The notes below the pieces were generated by a model. It saw only the letters and a program-made list of their open reading frames with translations. It did not search any database and was not told the DNA's origin. Of a stretch of DNA of 64,000 nucleotides, positions 20,030 to 32,692 are shown piece by piece (the first letter of the stretch is position 1; each line of letters begins with the position of its first letter). The DNA comes from an uncultured Planctomycetota bacterium (lineage in GTDB: Bacteria > Planctomycetota > Planctomycetia > Isosphaerales > Isosphaeraceae): NCBI GenBank assembly GCA_963737655.1, contig CAVTTN010000002.1:1376001-1440000 (forward strand), written 5' to 3'. The translations under genes and the position numbers were made by a program.

Positions 20030-22303
20030 ATGAACCAGTCTGAAATCCATAAGATCGCGTTCGTCGGGGACTACCTGCCCCGAAAGTGCGGGATCGCCAC
20101 CTTCACCCACGACATGTACGCTTCGGTGGCCGCCGGCGCCCCGGACGCCGAGTGCTTCGTCGTCCCCGTGAACGACCGCCCCGAAGGGTATGACTACCCG
20201 CCGGAGGTCCGGTTCGAGATCCACGAGCAGGACCCGGACAGCTATCTCCGGGCCGCCGACTTCCTGAACTTCGCCAACACCGACATCGTCTGCCTCCAGC
20301 ACGAGTACGGCATCTATGGCGGCCCGGCGGGCGGCCACATCCTCAGCCTGATCCGGAACCTGAGGATGCCGGTCGTCACCACCTTCCACACCGTCCTGAA
20401 CGAGCCGGACGACGACCAGAGGCGGGTCCTGATGCAACTGGCCGACCTGTCCGCGAGGGTCGTCGTCATGACCGGACGCGCCCGGACATTCCTCCGGGAG
20501 ATCTACGGCGTCTCCGAGGCGAAGATCGACCTGATCGCGCACGGCATCCCGGACACCCCGTTCGTGGAGCCCGGCCTCTACAAGGAGCAGTTCGGCGTCG
20601 AGGGACGGTCGGTGGCGCTGACGTTCGGGCTGCTCTCGCCCAACAAGGGGGTCGAGCACATGCTCCGGGCCGTGCCGGCGATCCTCGAGGAGTTCCCCGA
20701 CTTCGTCTACATCGTCCTGGGGGCGACCCATCCGGACCTGGTCCGCGAACAGGGGGAACGGTACCGGCTGGGCCTGGAGCGATTGGCTCGCGACCTGGGG
20801 ATCGAGCGGAACGTCATCTTCTACAATCGTTTCGTCGAGCTGAACCAGTTGACCGAGTTCATCCGGGCCGCGGACGTGTACGTGACCCCTTATCTGAACC
20901 CGGCCCAGATCACCTCGGGCACCCTGGCCTACTCCTTCGGCTGCGGCAAGGCGATCGTCTCGACGCCGTACTGGCACGCGGAAGAATTGCTCGCCGGGGG
21001 CCTCGGCGTGCTCGTGCCGTTCGCCGATTCGCGGTCGCTGGCCCGGGAAATCCGCGGGCTCTTGCGGGACGGGCCGCGACGGCTCTCGATGCGAGAGAGG
21101 GCCTACGCCCTCGGCCGCAGCATGGTCTGGCAGCAATCCGCCTTCCATTACCTGGAGTCGTTCCAGCAGGCGCGGCTGGTCCGTCAGGATCAGCCGTTCA
21201 AGCCTCTGGCCGTCCGCACCCTCGCCGAGCAGCAGGCCGAGTTGCCCTCCTGGAGACTCGACCACTTCGTGAGGATGACGGACTCGACCGGCATCTTCCA
21301 GCACGCCACCTACACGATCCCCCACTTCGCGGAGGGGTATTGCATCGACGACAACGCCCGGGCGTTCCTCCTGACTGTTCTCCTGGATGAGCTGGGACAG
21401 GACGGTCCCGAGGTCCGCCGCGTGGCCACGACGTCCGCCGCGTTCCTCCAGGCGGCCTTCGATCGCGATCGGAACCGGTTCCGGAACTTCATGAGCTACG
21501 ATCGCCGATGGCTGGAGGAGGTCGGGTCGGAAGACTGCCAGGGTCGGGCGCTGTGGGCCCTGGGAACCTGCGTCGGGCGGTCGAGCCGCCCCGACCTTCC
21601 GGCCTGGGCCGCTCCTCACTTCCTGGAGGCCCTGACGCCCGTCCCGGAGATGAGCTCGCCCCGGGCATGGGCCTTCGCCCTTCTCGGCGTCCATGAGTAC
21701 CTCCGTCGGTTCCGGGGGGATCGGGCCTGCGGCCATGCCCGGGACGTGTTGACGGCGCTCCTGGTCGGCCTCTACGAGCGGACGGCGACGCCCGAGTGGC
21801 CGTGGTTCGAGGAGGTCCTGTCCTACGACAATGCCCGGCTCCCCCACGCCCTGATCGCCGGAGGCCGCGACGGCGGCGACCCGAGAAGCCTGGAGATCGG
21901 CCTCCTGAGCCTGGGCTGGCTGGTCGAAGTCCAGAGAGCCCCCCAGGGCCACTTCCGGCCCATCGGCTGCCACGGGTTCTACCGCAAGGGAGGAGAGCCG
22001 GCGCGGTTCGACCAGCAGCCCGTGGAAGCCAACGCGACGGTGGCCGCCTGCCTGGAGGCGTACCGGGCGACCCACGATCCCCGCTGGATGGACGAGGCCC
22101 GCTCGTCCTTCGAATGGTTCCTCGGCCGCAACGACCTGGGGCAGGAGCTCTACGACCCGGCCACCGGGGGCTGCTGCGACGGCCTTCAGGAGGACCGGGT
22201 CAACCGGAATCAGGGGGCCGAGTCCACCCTCGCGTTCCTCCTTTCGCTCGCCGAGATGAACCTGCTGGAAAGCTCTCTGGCGGCATTCCGCCAGCCGCGG
22301 TAA
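20030..22303 (+). CDS. GT4 glycosyltransferase fused to a C-terminal helical domain
   Basis: YLPRKCGIATFT, QHEYGIYGG, FGLLSPNKG, SGTLAY; C-terminal GIFQHA..GYCIDDNARA, FDQQP, NQGAEST. Confidence 0.9.
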   Translation: MNQSEIHKIAFVGDYLPRKCGIATFTHDMYASVAAGAPDAECFVVPVNDRPEGYDYPPEVRFEIHEQDPDSYLRAADFLNFANTDIVCLQHEYGIYGGPAGGHILSLIRNLRMPVVTTFHTVLNEPDDDQRRVLMQLADLSARVVVMTGRARTFLREIYGVSEAKIDLIAHGIPDTPFVEPGLYKEQFGVEGRSVALTFGLLSPNKGVEHMLRAVPAILEEFPDFVYIVLGATHPDLVREQGERYRLGLERLARDLGIERNVIFYNRFVELNQLTEFIRAADVYVTPYLNPAQITSGTLAYSFGCGKAIVSTPYWHAEELLAGGLGVLVPFADSRSLAREIRGLLRDGPRRLSMRERAYALGRSMVWQQSAFHYLESFQQARLVRQDQPFKPLAVRTLAEQQAELPSWRLDHFVRMTDSTGIFQHATYTIPHFAEGYCIDDNARAFLLTVLLDELGQDGPEVRRVATTSAAFLQAAFDRDRNRFRNFMSYDRRWLEEVGSEDCQGRALWALGTCVGRSSRPDLPAWAAPHFLEALTPVPEMSSPRAWAFALLGVHEYLRRFRGDRACGHARDVLTALLVGLYERTATPEWPWFEEVLSYDNARLPHALIAGGRDGGDPRSLEIGLLSLGWLVEVQRAPQGHFRPIGCHGFYRKGGEPARFDQQPVEANATVAACLEAYRATHDPRWMDEARSSFEWFLGRNDLGQELYDPATGGCCDGLQEDRVNRNQGAESTLAFLLSLAEMNLLESSLAAFRQPR

Positions 22304-22361
22304 GGTCAGCCCTCTCCCGGATGGACCCAACTCCCTCGCACCGAGGCCACCAGTCCCCCTC

Positions 22362-23813
22362 ATGGACGTCAAGCGCACCGGGATCATCCTCAAGCCCTCG
22401 AACTCCCGCGTCGTGATCAGGCCGTTCGAGGTCGCCAGCGAGGAACGCGTCGAGAAGATCATCGCGAGGGTCTCGTCTCTCTCCGAGTCGGAAGTCGAAG
22501 ACCTTCTGGAAGGGGTCATGCGCGAGTTCCGCGAGCGACACCAGCGGACTCGCGAATTCTTCCTCCACCGCTTCGACCAGGTTCGGACCCACCTGCTGAC
22601 CGATCAACCGGTCAGCGAGAGCCGGCGCCTCCTGATCGGATCCTACTTCACCCAGGAATACTCGCTCGAGTCGGCCGCCCTGTTCAATCCTTCGATGGTC
22701 TGGCACCCCGACCAATCGGGCTTGCCCGGCGGATCGAGCCGATTCGTCGTCAGCCTGAGGGCCACCGGCGAGGGTCACATCTCGTCGATCACGTTCCGCT
22801 CGGGCGTGATCGACGCCGAGAACCGCATCCTCATGGATGAGCCCACGCGGTTCGTCGCGGCCCCGGAGCTGGTGCCCAACGCGCTCTACGAGAAGGCCCT
22901 CTTCCACCGCAAATTGACCGAACTGGGGGCCGACGGCGCACTCGTGGAACAGGCGATGACCGCGCTGGACGACCACTTCACCCTCGGCGAACTGGAATAC
23001 ACCCTCGGGATCGTCCTCCGGCACAACCGCGATCGTCAGCGTGAATTCGAGCCGATCGCCCACACCATGGTGACCCTGGCCAAGGCCAATTACGAGATCC
23101 GCTTCGGGCCCGAATTGAACGTCTCGGAGCGGATCATCTTCCCGTCGTCGCCCACCGAGACCAATGGGATCGAGGACGCCCGGTTCGTGCATTTCACCCA
23201 CGACGACGGCCGTAGCTGCTACTACGCCACCTACACCGCCTACGACGGTCACGTCACCCTGCCGCAGATGCTCGAGACCGAGGACTTCCTGCACTTCAAG
23301 GTGAGCACCCTGAACGGGCCGGAGGTCCGGAACAAGGGCTTCGCCCTCTTCCCCCGGATGGTCCACGGGCAATACGCGATGCTCTCCCGGCAGGACAACG
23401 AGAACATCTACCTGATGTACTCCGACACTCCTCATTTCTGGTACAGCAAGGTGCGGATCGCCAGGCCGACGTATCCCTGGGAGTTCGTCCAGCTCGGCAA
23501 CTGCGGATCGCCGATCGAGACCGAGGCCGGCTGGCTGGTCCTGACGCATGGCGTCGGGCCGATGCGTAAGTACGCCCTGGGCGCGTTCCTGCTCGACCGC
23601 AATGACCCGTCGCGAGTGATCGGGCGATTGGAGAGGCCCCTCCTGGAGCCGAACGCCAACGAGCGCGAGGGCTACGTTCCCAACGTCGTCTATAGCTGCG
23701 GCGCCCTCACGCATGGCCGCGACCTGATCATCCCCTACGCGATGGCGGACTACGCCAGCACGTTCGCCACCGTCCCTCTCGACGACGTCCTCAACGCCAT
23801 GATCCGTCCGTGA
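22362..23813 (+). CDS. GH130-like glycosidase/phosphorylase with N-terminal extension
   Basis: SAALFNPS, GIEDARF, NKGFALFP, REGYVPNVVYSCG. Confidence 0.9.
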   Translation: MDVKRTGIILKPSNSRVVIRPFEVASEERVEKIIARVSSLSESEVEDLLEGVMREFRERHQRTREFFLHRFDQVRTHLLTDQPVSESRRLLIGSYFTQEYSLESAALFNPSMVWHPDQSGLPGGSSRFVVSLRATGEGHISSITFRSGVIDAENRILMDEPTRFVAAPELVPNALYEKALFHRKLTELGADGALVEQAMTALDDHFTLGELEYTLGIVLRHNRDRQREFEPIAHTMVTLAKANYEIRFGPELNVSERIIFPSSPTETNGIEDARFVHFTHDDGRSCYYATYTAYDGHVTLPQMLETEDFLHFKVSTLNGPEVRNKGFALFPRMVHGQYAMLSRQDNENIYLMYSDTPHFWYSKVRIARPTYPWEFVQLGNCGSPIETEAGWLVLTHGVGPMRKYALGAFLLDRNDPSRVIGRLERPLLEPNANEREGYVPNVVYSCGALTHGRDLIIPYAMADYASTFATVPLDDVLNAMIRP

Positions 23814-23818
23814 GGCGA

Positions 23819-24886
23819 TCAATCGGGCGCGGTCATCGCGTCGAGTAAGTCCCTCTCCGAGAACTCGGCGACCGCCGTGAACGCGTCGGCGGCGCCGTAG
23901 TAGATGAGCAGGACCCCCTGGTCCCGGACCACGCCGGTGGGGAAGACGACGTTCGGCACGAATCCGGCCATCTCGAAGTCGGATTCGGGCCTGAGGAACG
24001 CCCCGGGGGAGTGCCGCCGGACCCTGGCCGGGTCGTTCGGATCGAGGAGGACCGCCCCGGCGTAATACTCCCCCACGTCGCCAGGGCGGGCCGGATGTCG
24101 GTTCCCATGATAGATCTCCAGCCATCCCTCCGGGACTCGCATGGGCGGACAGCCCGCGCCCACTCGGCCGGATCGCCACTCGCCGGCCGGGAGGGCGAGC
24201 GGGGCATGCCCCCCCCAGTGGATCAGGTCCGGCGACCTCGCGGCCCAGATCTCAGGCCGCGTGAAGGGCGTCCCGCAGACCGGCCGATGGAGCGCCGCGA
24301 ATGCCCCGCCGACCTTCCCCGGGAACAGGACGACGTCCTTGTTCTCCGGGCAGAAGATGACCCCATGTCGGTCGAAGGTGCGGAAGTCGGTCGTGGACGC
24401 CAGGGCCGTCGCCGGGCCGTGCCGCGACACCGCGACATAGGTGAAATAATACCGTCCCTCGATCTCGGTGATCCGAGGGTCCTCAACGCCGTACTCCTCG
24501 GTCACGTCCCGCGGGCGAAACGTGACCTCGGTGACCTCCCTGACGGCCCGACCGTCCCCGCACCGGATGACCCGGAGGTGCGAGGTGAACGTGAGCCGGA
24601 TGAGGCCGTCCGACCGGCGCCGGACCACCCGCGGATCGACGGCCTCCAGCTCGGAGTCGGGCACCCAGTCGATCGTCGAGCCGAGTTCCGGGTCCCACCG
24701 CGGCAGCCCGGTGAACCCGGTCCGCCTCTCCCTGGGCCGCTCGGCCACCCGGACCAGGAGCACGACTTCGGCTCCCGCCCGGGTCGCCCCGGGGTTGAAC
24801 ACGCCGACGACCTCGAGATCGTCGCGAGACGGGGGCACGTCTTCGGGCCGGAGCAGGAGAAGGGTCGAGAGCCTGGGGACGGTCAT
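23819..24886 (-). CDS. GH130 family glycoside phosphorylase/hydrolase
   Basis: GVFNPG, YGVEDPRIT, ENKDVVLFP, GFVPNVVFPTG, YYGAAD. Confidence 0.9.
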   Translation of the reverse strand: MTVPRLSTLLLLRPEDVPPSRDDLEVVGVFNPGATRAGAEVVLLVRVAERPRERRTGFTGLPRWDPELGSTIDWVPDSELEAVDPRVVRRRSDGLIRLTFTSHLRVIRCGDGRAVREVTEVTFRPRDVTEEYGVEDPRITEIEGRYYFTYVAVSRHGPATALASTTDFRTFDRHGVIFCPENKDVVLFPGKVGGAFAALHRPVCGTPFTRPEIWAARSPDLIHWGGHAPLALPAGEWRSGRVGAGCPPMRVPEGWLEIYHGNRHPARPGDVGEYYAGAVLLDPNDPARVRRHSPGAFLRPESDFEMAGFVPNVVFPTGVVRDQGVLLIYYGAADAFTAVAEFSERDLLDAMTAPD

Positions 24887-25273
24887 GGCCTGGCTCCTGG
24901 GATGGTCGGTCGCTGACTCGGCCCGCGATGGGGACGCCGAAGATGTTCGGCCGACGGTCCCGGTCGGCATCCGTCCCGGGGCGCGGTCCGGGCTCGGGGC
25001 GTCATGGACCTCCATCATAGGCCCGGTCCTCCGGCCGAGGCGTCGCGATCTCCAAACGGGGAGGCAGCCGTCTGGAGCTCGCGACGGTCGCCGCGGAGGC
25101 GGGGTCGGCTCACTCGCGAAAGCCGTTCAGGCGGGCCCATCAGGAGGGCCGACCGATCCGTTACCTCGGGCCCAGATGCCCTTTCATGTACGGCAGATTC
25201 GTCAATTGATGGCGCCCGGGGGCGGCCTGGGTAGGATCGAACCGCCGACCAGGAAACCCGAAGGCGAGACCGG

Positions 25274-25654
25274 ATGAAGACCCAGGGCGAGATCGAACGC
25301 GCGATCGCGGAGGGCATGACCCGCTTCGAACAGGAATACATGGGCCGGGGCCCCAAGGACGTCCACGCCCATCTGATCGAGGACCTGATCGTCGTCCGGC
25401 TCAAGGGGGTGCTGACCGCGGCGGAGCAGCATCTGGTCAGGACGTTCCCGCCCGAGAAGGGCCGGGACTTGCTCAAGGAGGTGAGGACGCACCTCGTCGA
25501 GGTCGCCAGGCCGACCATGGAGGCGATGGTCCACGAGATCACCGGCGTCCGGGTCGTCAGTTTGCATCACGATATCAGCACAATTACCGGGGAAGAAGTC
25601 GTCCTCTTCACCCTGTCGGGGCCGCCATTGTTCCGAGAAACGAAGAAGAAATAG
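25274..25654 (+). CDS. DUF2294 (MpsC-like) protein
   Basis: MKTQGEIE..FEQEYMGRGP, GVLTAAEQHL, SLHHDISTITGEEV. Confidence 0.88.
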   Translation: MKTQGEIERAIAEGMTRFEQEYMGRGPKDVHAHLIEDLIVVRLKGVLTAAEQHLVRTFPPEKGRDLLKEVRTHLVEVARPTMEAMVHEITGVRVVSLHHDISTITGEEVVLFTLSGPPLFRETKKK

Positions 25655-25819
25655 GTCCGAACCCGCGAGCGAATCCGAATCTCGGCTCTTGCTATTGCTC
25701 GGACGCGCTCCTAACGTCTCAATCGTGCGGGGCCATTGGCCCCGGCATGAAACGATCCACCCAGTCGGACGACGGAGCAAAAGGCACCCCGATCCCTCGG
25801 GTGGCCGGTTGCGAAGTAT

Positions 25820-25873
25820 AAGCCGACGTGGCCGAGGCACCCATCGGTTGCCTCGGCCACGTCGGCTTTTTTT
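25820..25873 (+). terminator. Intrinsic terminator, 20-bp perfect stem plus T7, possible attenuator
   Basis: AAGCCGACGTGGCCGAGGCA (25820-39) pairs with TGCCTCGGCCACGTCGGCTT (25849-68); T-run 25867-73. Confidence 0.9.
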
Positions 25874-26052
25874 GTTCCCCCCCCATCAATCCCAATGTGA
25901 CGACATCTCATTCATGGAATGGGTTGTTCGGTTCGCGGTGCGCCCTCGTCGCGAGGGAGGTCGTGGACGATCGCGGGGCCCTGTCCCGACGAGCGATCCG
26001 GCGGGCGTCACGGTCGATCTTCCGGGATTGAAGACGCGGCCAGTCGGCATCC

Positions 26053-26538
26053 ATGACCCACGCTGATCCGACGCAAGACACGAACCGAACGATGGCCGAG
26101 CAGATCGCCCTGGTGGCCGCCGCGTTCCAGCAACGGCGGACCGGCCACGACCCGAAATCGGTGAGCGTGGTGCTGAGCGGAGACACCCTGGTGGTCACGC
26201 TCCACGGCGCGTTGTCGCCGGCCGAGCAGGCGATGTCGCGGAGCCCGGAAGGGGCCGCCAAGGTGCAGGAGTTCCACCGCCAGTTGTTCCGGAGCGCCTC
26301 CGAGGCGCTCCGGGAGGACATCAAGCGGATCACCGGGATGGACGTCCGCGAGGCCACCACGGAAGTCGAGCCGGAATCCGGCGCCGTCGTCCAGGTGTTC
26401 ACGAGCGGCACGATGGTGCAGGTGTTCCTGCTCTCCGGCAAGGTGCCGTCCGGGAGTTTCGAATGCGAGAACCATCCCGAGGATGGAGACGCTCGGCGAC
26501 CCGGTCCGCAGTCCGGGGAGCCCGTCGCTCATCGATGA
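26053..26538 (+). CDS. Divergent DUF2294-like protein
   Basis: FQQRRTGHDPKSVSVVL, LHGALSPAEQ, IKRITGMDV: same motif pattern as the upstream paralog. Confidence 0.8.
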   Translation: MTHADPTQDTNRTMAEQIALVAAAFQQRRTGHDPKSVSVVLSGDTLVVTLHGALSPAEQAMSRSPEGAAKVQEFHRQLFRSASEALREDIKRITGMDVREATTEVEPESGAVVQVFTSGTMVQVFLLSGKVPSGSFECENHPEDGDARRPGPQSGEPVAHR

Positions 26539-26662
26539 TTCCCGTTCGGACGGACGCGACCTCGACGACGTTCCATGGCCGGGCGGTCGCCCCGGGGGCA
26601 GGAATGCCGAACCCGCAACATTTCCAACCTTTCACTTGTTGAATCCTAGAAGGAGGTGTCCC

Positions 26663-27573
26663 TTGAAACACGAGGACAGGTTCAAGGTGCCTCCCGGCAC
26701 CACGGTCCAGTTGAAAGACCTCGATCCGGGTTTCAAGAACCACCAGGAAGGGCCCAGGGACGCCGCCAAGGAGATCGAGAGCGATCGGGCGAAGTTGAGG
26801 GAGTTGCAAGAATTGTTCTTCGCCAACGGACAGCGGTCGCTCCTGATCTGCTTGCAGGGCCTGGACGCCGGGGGGAAGGACGGGACGATCCGTCACATCC
26901 TGGGATCGATGAACCCCCAGGGCTGCAAGGTGGTGGCGTTCAAGCGGCCCACGCCCGAGGAGCTTGCCCATGATTTCTTGTGGCGCATCCATCGCGCCGT
27001 GCCCGCCCGGGGGGAGGTGACCATCTTCAACCGTTCGCATTACGAGGACGTCCTGATCGCGAGAGTTCATGACCTGGTCCCCCGGGAGATCTGGTCGCTC
27101 CGCTACGATCGGATCAACGCCTTTGAAAATGGCCTGGTCGAGGATGGCACTCACATCCTCAAGTTCTTCTTGCACGTCTCCAGGGGCGAGCAATTGAAGC
27201 GGTTCAAGGCCCGGCTCGAAGACCCCGCCAGGCAGTGGAAGATCAGCGAGGCCGACTACAAGGAGCGCGACTTCTGGGACGAGTACACGGCGGCCTATGA
27301 GGACGCGCTCTCCCGGTGCAGCACCGAGAGGCCCCCTGGTTCGTCATCCCGGCCGACCACAAGTGGTTCCGCAACCTCGCCGTGGCCCGGATCGTCGTGT
27401 CCTACCTGGAGGGCCTGAAGATGACCTTCCCTCCGCCCTCGGTCGATCTCGAGGAGATTCGGAAGGAGTATCACTCGGCGAAGAAACGCAAGCATTCCCC
27501 CGAGGACGACGCCCCGAAGCGACCCGCCGAGGATGAACTCGCCGCATCTCGCTCGGGGAAATCCCACCACTGA
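26663..27573 (+). CDS. ppk2: Polyphosphate kinase 2 family (1-bp frameshift ~27328)
   Basis: QGLDAGGKDG, HDFLWR, FNRSHYEDV; APWFVIPADHKWFRN in next frame; AGGAGG RBS with TTG start. Confidence 0.88.
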
Positions 27574-27771
27574 GCGACTGCCGGCCGAGAGCCGGTCGGC
27601 TCGCACGTCGGCGGAAAGCCCGACCGGGTCCGGAGGAGGGCCCTGATCCTCGACAACGAAGACGACACCGAATCCTCCCGACTCCAGGCGACCCCCTCCC
27701 TCGTCCCGCTCGATCGCACGCCCTGGAAGTGGTCGCCCGAAGGCGAGGGGTTTTCGATCCCAGGGTGAGAC

Positions 27772-29652
<1,881 letters not shown>

Positions 29653-29660
<8 letters not shown>

Positions 29661-29803
29661 GAACATCCAGACGAACGGCGCGAGCGAAGAGTCGAACTTC
29701 AGCCGTCAGGTCGGCGCCCAGGCCAGGCGCATGTTGAAGGCCCGGAGAGGGGCTCGAGGAGCGTCTGGTTCGGGCTGGGCATGTCGGGGTTGATCGGCTG
29801 GTC
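29653..29803 (+). pseudogene. atpQ: 5' fragment of N-ATPase AtpQ (AtpZ/AtpI-like)
   Basis: FSRQVGAQARRMLKARR then SVWFGLGMSGLIGWS, ends abruptly. Confidence 0.75.
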
Positions 29804-30223
29804 GACGCCAAGGAGCAGTTGGCGACCGCCTTCAAGACGTCGAATCATACCGTGAGCGTGCATAGCGCGTTCGATCTGCCGTCGGCACAGCGGGTCGCGA
29901 TCGAAGATGCGGTGAAGGAAACGTTCGCCCCGGACGCCAACGTCCAGTTCGAGACCGCGCCGGAAATCATCAGCGGCATCGAACTCTCCACCAACGGACA
30001 TAAGATCGCCTGGAGCATCGCGGATTACCTCGCGAACCTCCAGAGGAGCGCCGGCGACCTCGTGAACACCGAAACCCGGGCCGCGCCCAAACCGAACGCG
30101 AAGGACAAGCCCGAGCCGAAGGCGGCGGCGCCCCAGGCGAACGGAGGGGCCAGGCCCGGACCGAAGCGGGAATCGAAGCCCGCACCCGAACCGGTGGCTC
30201 CCGGCAAGGAGGCGGACCATTGA
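29801..30223 (+). pseudogene. atpF: 3' fragment of N-ATPase b/delta subunit
   Basis: [37 protein letters not shown] anchor and coiled coil absent. Confidence 0.8.
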
Positions 30224-31779
30224 ACACCTCGACTGACGGCTTGCACGCCGTCTACGAACGGGCGTTCGCGGGGATCGGCCGGGCCGTGGAAGCGTTTACG
30301 CCCCGGATGTCCCCTCGCGAGGTTGGGACCATCACGAGGGTCTCCATCGGGATCGCCAAGGTCTCGGGCCTCCCCGGGCTGGGCTTCGACGAGCTGGTGA
30401 GTTTTCCCGGCGGCCTGTTCGGCATCGCGTTCAACGTCGATCCGGACGAGATCGGCGTGGTGCTCCTCGGCGAATGCGAGCACCTGCACGCGGGCGACGA
30501 GGTCGGCCGCACCGGGCGAGTGATGGACGTGCCGGTCGGCGATGGCCTGCTGGGTCGCGTGATCAACCCCCTGGGCGGGCCTCTCGACGGCAAGGGCCCG
30601 GTCTCCTCGACCGAGCGGTCGCCGATCGAGCGACCGGGCCGCCCGATCATGGACCGCGCGCCCGTCTCGGTGCCGTTGCAAACCGGGATGATCGTGATCG
30701 ACGCGCTCATCCCGATCGGACGAGGCCAGCGGGAGCTGATCCTGGGCGACCGCCAGACCGGCAAGTCGGCCATCGCGATCGACACCATCCTGGACCAGCG
30801 CGACCAGGACGTGGTGTGCGTCTATTGCGCGATCGGCCAGCGAGCCTCCGCCGTCGCGAAGGTCATCGCCGACCTCCGAGACCACGGGGCGATGGAGTAC
30901 ACCGTGGTCGTCGTGGCCGAGGGGAACGACCCGCCCGGCCTCTCCTACATCGCCCCTTATGCCGCCACGAGCATCGCCGAGCACTTCATGGAAGCGGGAC
31001 GAGATGTCCTGATCGTTTACGACGACCTGACCCACCACGCCCGCGCCAACCGCGAGCTTTCGCTCCTGCTCCGACGCCCTCCCGGCCGCGAGGCGTTCCC
31101 GGGCGACATCTTCTACATCCACTCGCGACTCCTGGAGCGGTCCACTCACCTCCGCGACGACCTCGGCGGCGGATCGCTCACCGCCTTGCCCATCATCGAG
31201 ACGGAAGCCCAGGACATCTCCGCGTACATCCCCACCAACCTGATCTCGATCACCGATGGTCAGATCTATTTGTCGCCGACCCTGTTCGAGCTGGGGGTCC
31301 TCCCCGCCGTCGACGTCGGCAAGTCGGTCTCTCGGGTCGGTGGCCAGGCGCAACGCGCGGCTTACCGGGGCGTGGCGGGCGATCTCAAGCTCGCCTACGC
31401 GCAGTTCAGCGAGCTCGAATCGTTCGCCAAGTTCGGCACCCGGCTCGACGAGCAGACTCGTAAGGTCATCGAGCATGGCCAGCGAATCCGGGCCATCCTC
31501 AAGCAGCCGGAACTCGAACCGGCGTCCGCCGATGAACAGTTGCTCATCCTCGTCGCCCTGACCGGCGGCCTGCTCGACCCCGTGCCGATCGACGAGATGC
31601 GCGACGCCGAGCAAGCCTTGCGAAAGGCGGTCGCCGACATCCCGGCGGACGTCCGCAAACGCTCCTCCTCGGGTGACAAGTTGAGCGACGACGACCGCGA
31701 GGCGATCCTCCAGGTCGCCGGCAAGTCGATCGCGCCGTTCCTGCCGCGACCGGCCCCCGACCCCGGGAAGAAACCATGA
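30220..31779 (+). CDS. atpA: N-type ATPase alpha subunit
   Basis: [39 protein letters not shown]. Confidence 0.95.
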   Translation: MNTSTDGLHAVYERAFAGIGRAVEAFTPRMSPREVGTITRVSIGIAKVSGLPGLGFDELVSFPGGLFGIAFNVDPDEIGVVLLGECEHLHAGDEVGRTGRVMDVPVGDGLLGRVINPLGGPLDGKGPVSSTERSPIERPGRPIMDRAPVSVPLQTGMIVIDALIPIGRGQRELILGDRQTGKSAIAIDTILDQRDQDVVCVYCAIGQRASAVAKVIADLRDHGAMEYTVVVVAEGNDPPGLSYIAPYAATSIAEHFMEAGRDVLIVYDDLTHHARANRELSLLLRRPPGREAFPGDIFYIHSRLLERSTHLRDDLGGGSLTALPIIETEAQDISAYIPTNLISITDGQIYLSPTLFELGVLPAVDVGKSVSRVGGQAQRAAYRGVAGDLKLAYAQFSELESFAKFGTRLDEQTRKVIEHGQRIRAILKQPELEPASADEQLLILVALTGGLLDPVPIDEMRDAEQALRKAVADIPADVRKRSSSGDKLSDDDREAILQVAGKSIAPFLPRPAPDPGKKP

Positions 31780-32669
31780 GCGACACCCTGGCGAGCCTCC
31801 GCCGCAAGATCGGCGGGGCGGGGGACCTGAAATCGGTGGTCCGCTCGATGAAGGCCCTGGCCGCGTCGAGCATCGGCCAGTATGAGCAGTCGGTCCTGGC
31901 GCTGGCAGACTACGATCGCGCCGTGGAGCTGGGGTTGGCCGCGTGCTTCCGGGATCGCGATCGGGCCGCCGAACGGGCCGGGACGACCGGCCCGGCCTCG
32001 GGGTCGGTCAGGGCGATCGTCTTCGGGTCGGACCAGGGGCTGGTCGGCCAGTTCAACGACGTCCTGGCGGATCTCGTCGCCGCGACGCTCGGCCCCCTGC
32101 CCGGCGAGAAGAAGGTCTGGGCCGTCGGCGACCGCGTCCGGTCGCGGCTGGCGGATTCGGGCCTGGCGCCGGCGGGAGTCTTCGCCGTCCCGACCTCGGT
32201 CGATGCGATCACTCGCCTGGTCGGCAAGGTCCTCCTGGAGAGCCAGACGGATCGGGGGAGCGAACCGACCGCCCCGTTCTACCTCTTCCACAACCGCCCC
32301 AGGTCGCGGGCCGCCTACGATCCCGTGGTCCAGCGCCTGCTCCCTCTGGACGAAACCTGGGCGCTCAAGCTGGCCCGGCTCCCGTGGCCGACGAAGAACC
32401 TGCCCGAGGTGATCGGGACCCGCGAACAAACCTTGCAGGCGTTCCTCCGCGAGTATCTCTTCGCCTCGCTCATCAAGGCGTGCGCCGAATCGCTGGCGGC
32501 CGAGAACGGCAGTCGCCTGGCCGCCATGCAGAGGGCCGAGAAGAACATCGACGACCAGTTGGAAACCCTCAACCAGACGTTCCATCGCCTCCGTCAGTCG
32601 TCGATCGATGAGGAATTATTCGATGTCGTATCCGGTTACGAGTCTCTGTCCGGGACAAAACAGCATTGA
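31776..32669 (+). CDS. atpG: N-type ATPase gamma subunit
   Basis: [40 protein letters not shown]. Confidence 0.92.
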   Translation: MSDTLASLRRKIGGAGDLKSVVRSMKALAASSIGQYEQSVLALADYDRAVELGLAACFRDRDRAAERAGTTGPASGSVRAIVFGSDQGLVGQFNDVLADLVAATLGPLPGEKKVWAVGDRVRSRLADSGLAPAGVFAVPTSVDAITRLVGKVLLESQTDRGSEPTAPFYLFHNRPRSRAAYDPVVQRLLPLDETWALKLARLPWPTKNLPEVIGTREQTLQAFLREYLFASLIKACAESLAAENGSRLAAMQRAEKNIDDQLETLNQTFHRLRQSSIDEELFDVVSGYESLSGTKQH

Positions 32670-32692
32670 ATCCCCATGGCGAAAGAACATCA

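Noticed and set aside
25780..25875. Assignment to a known Na+/Li+ riboswitch class
   Set aside because: I cannot match a known consensus confidently without a covariance-model search
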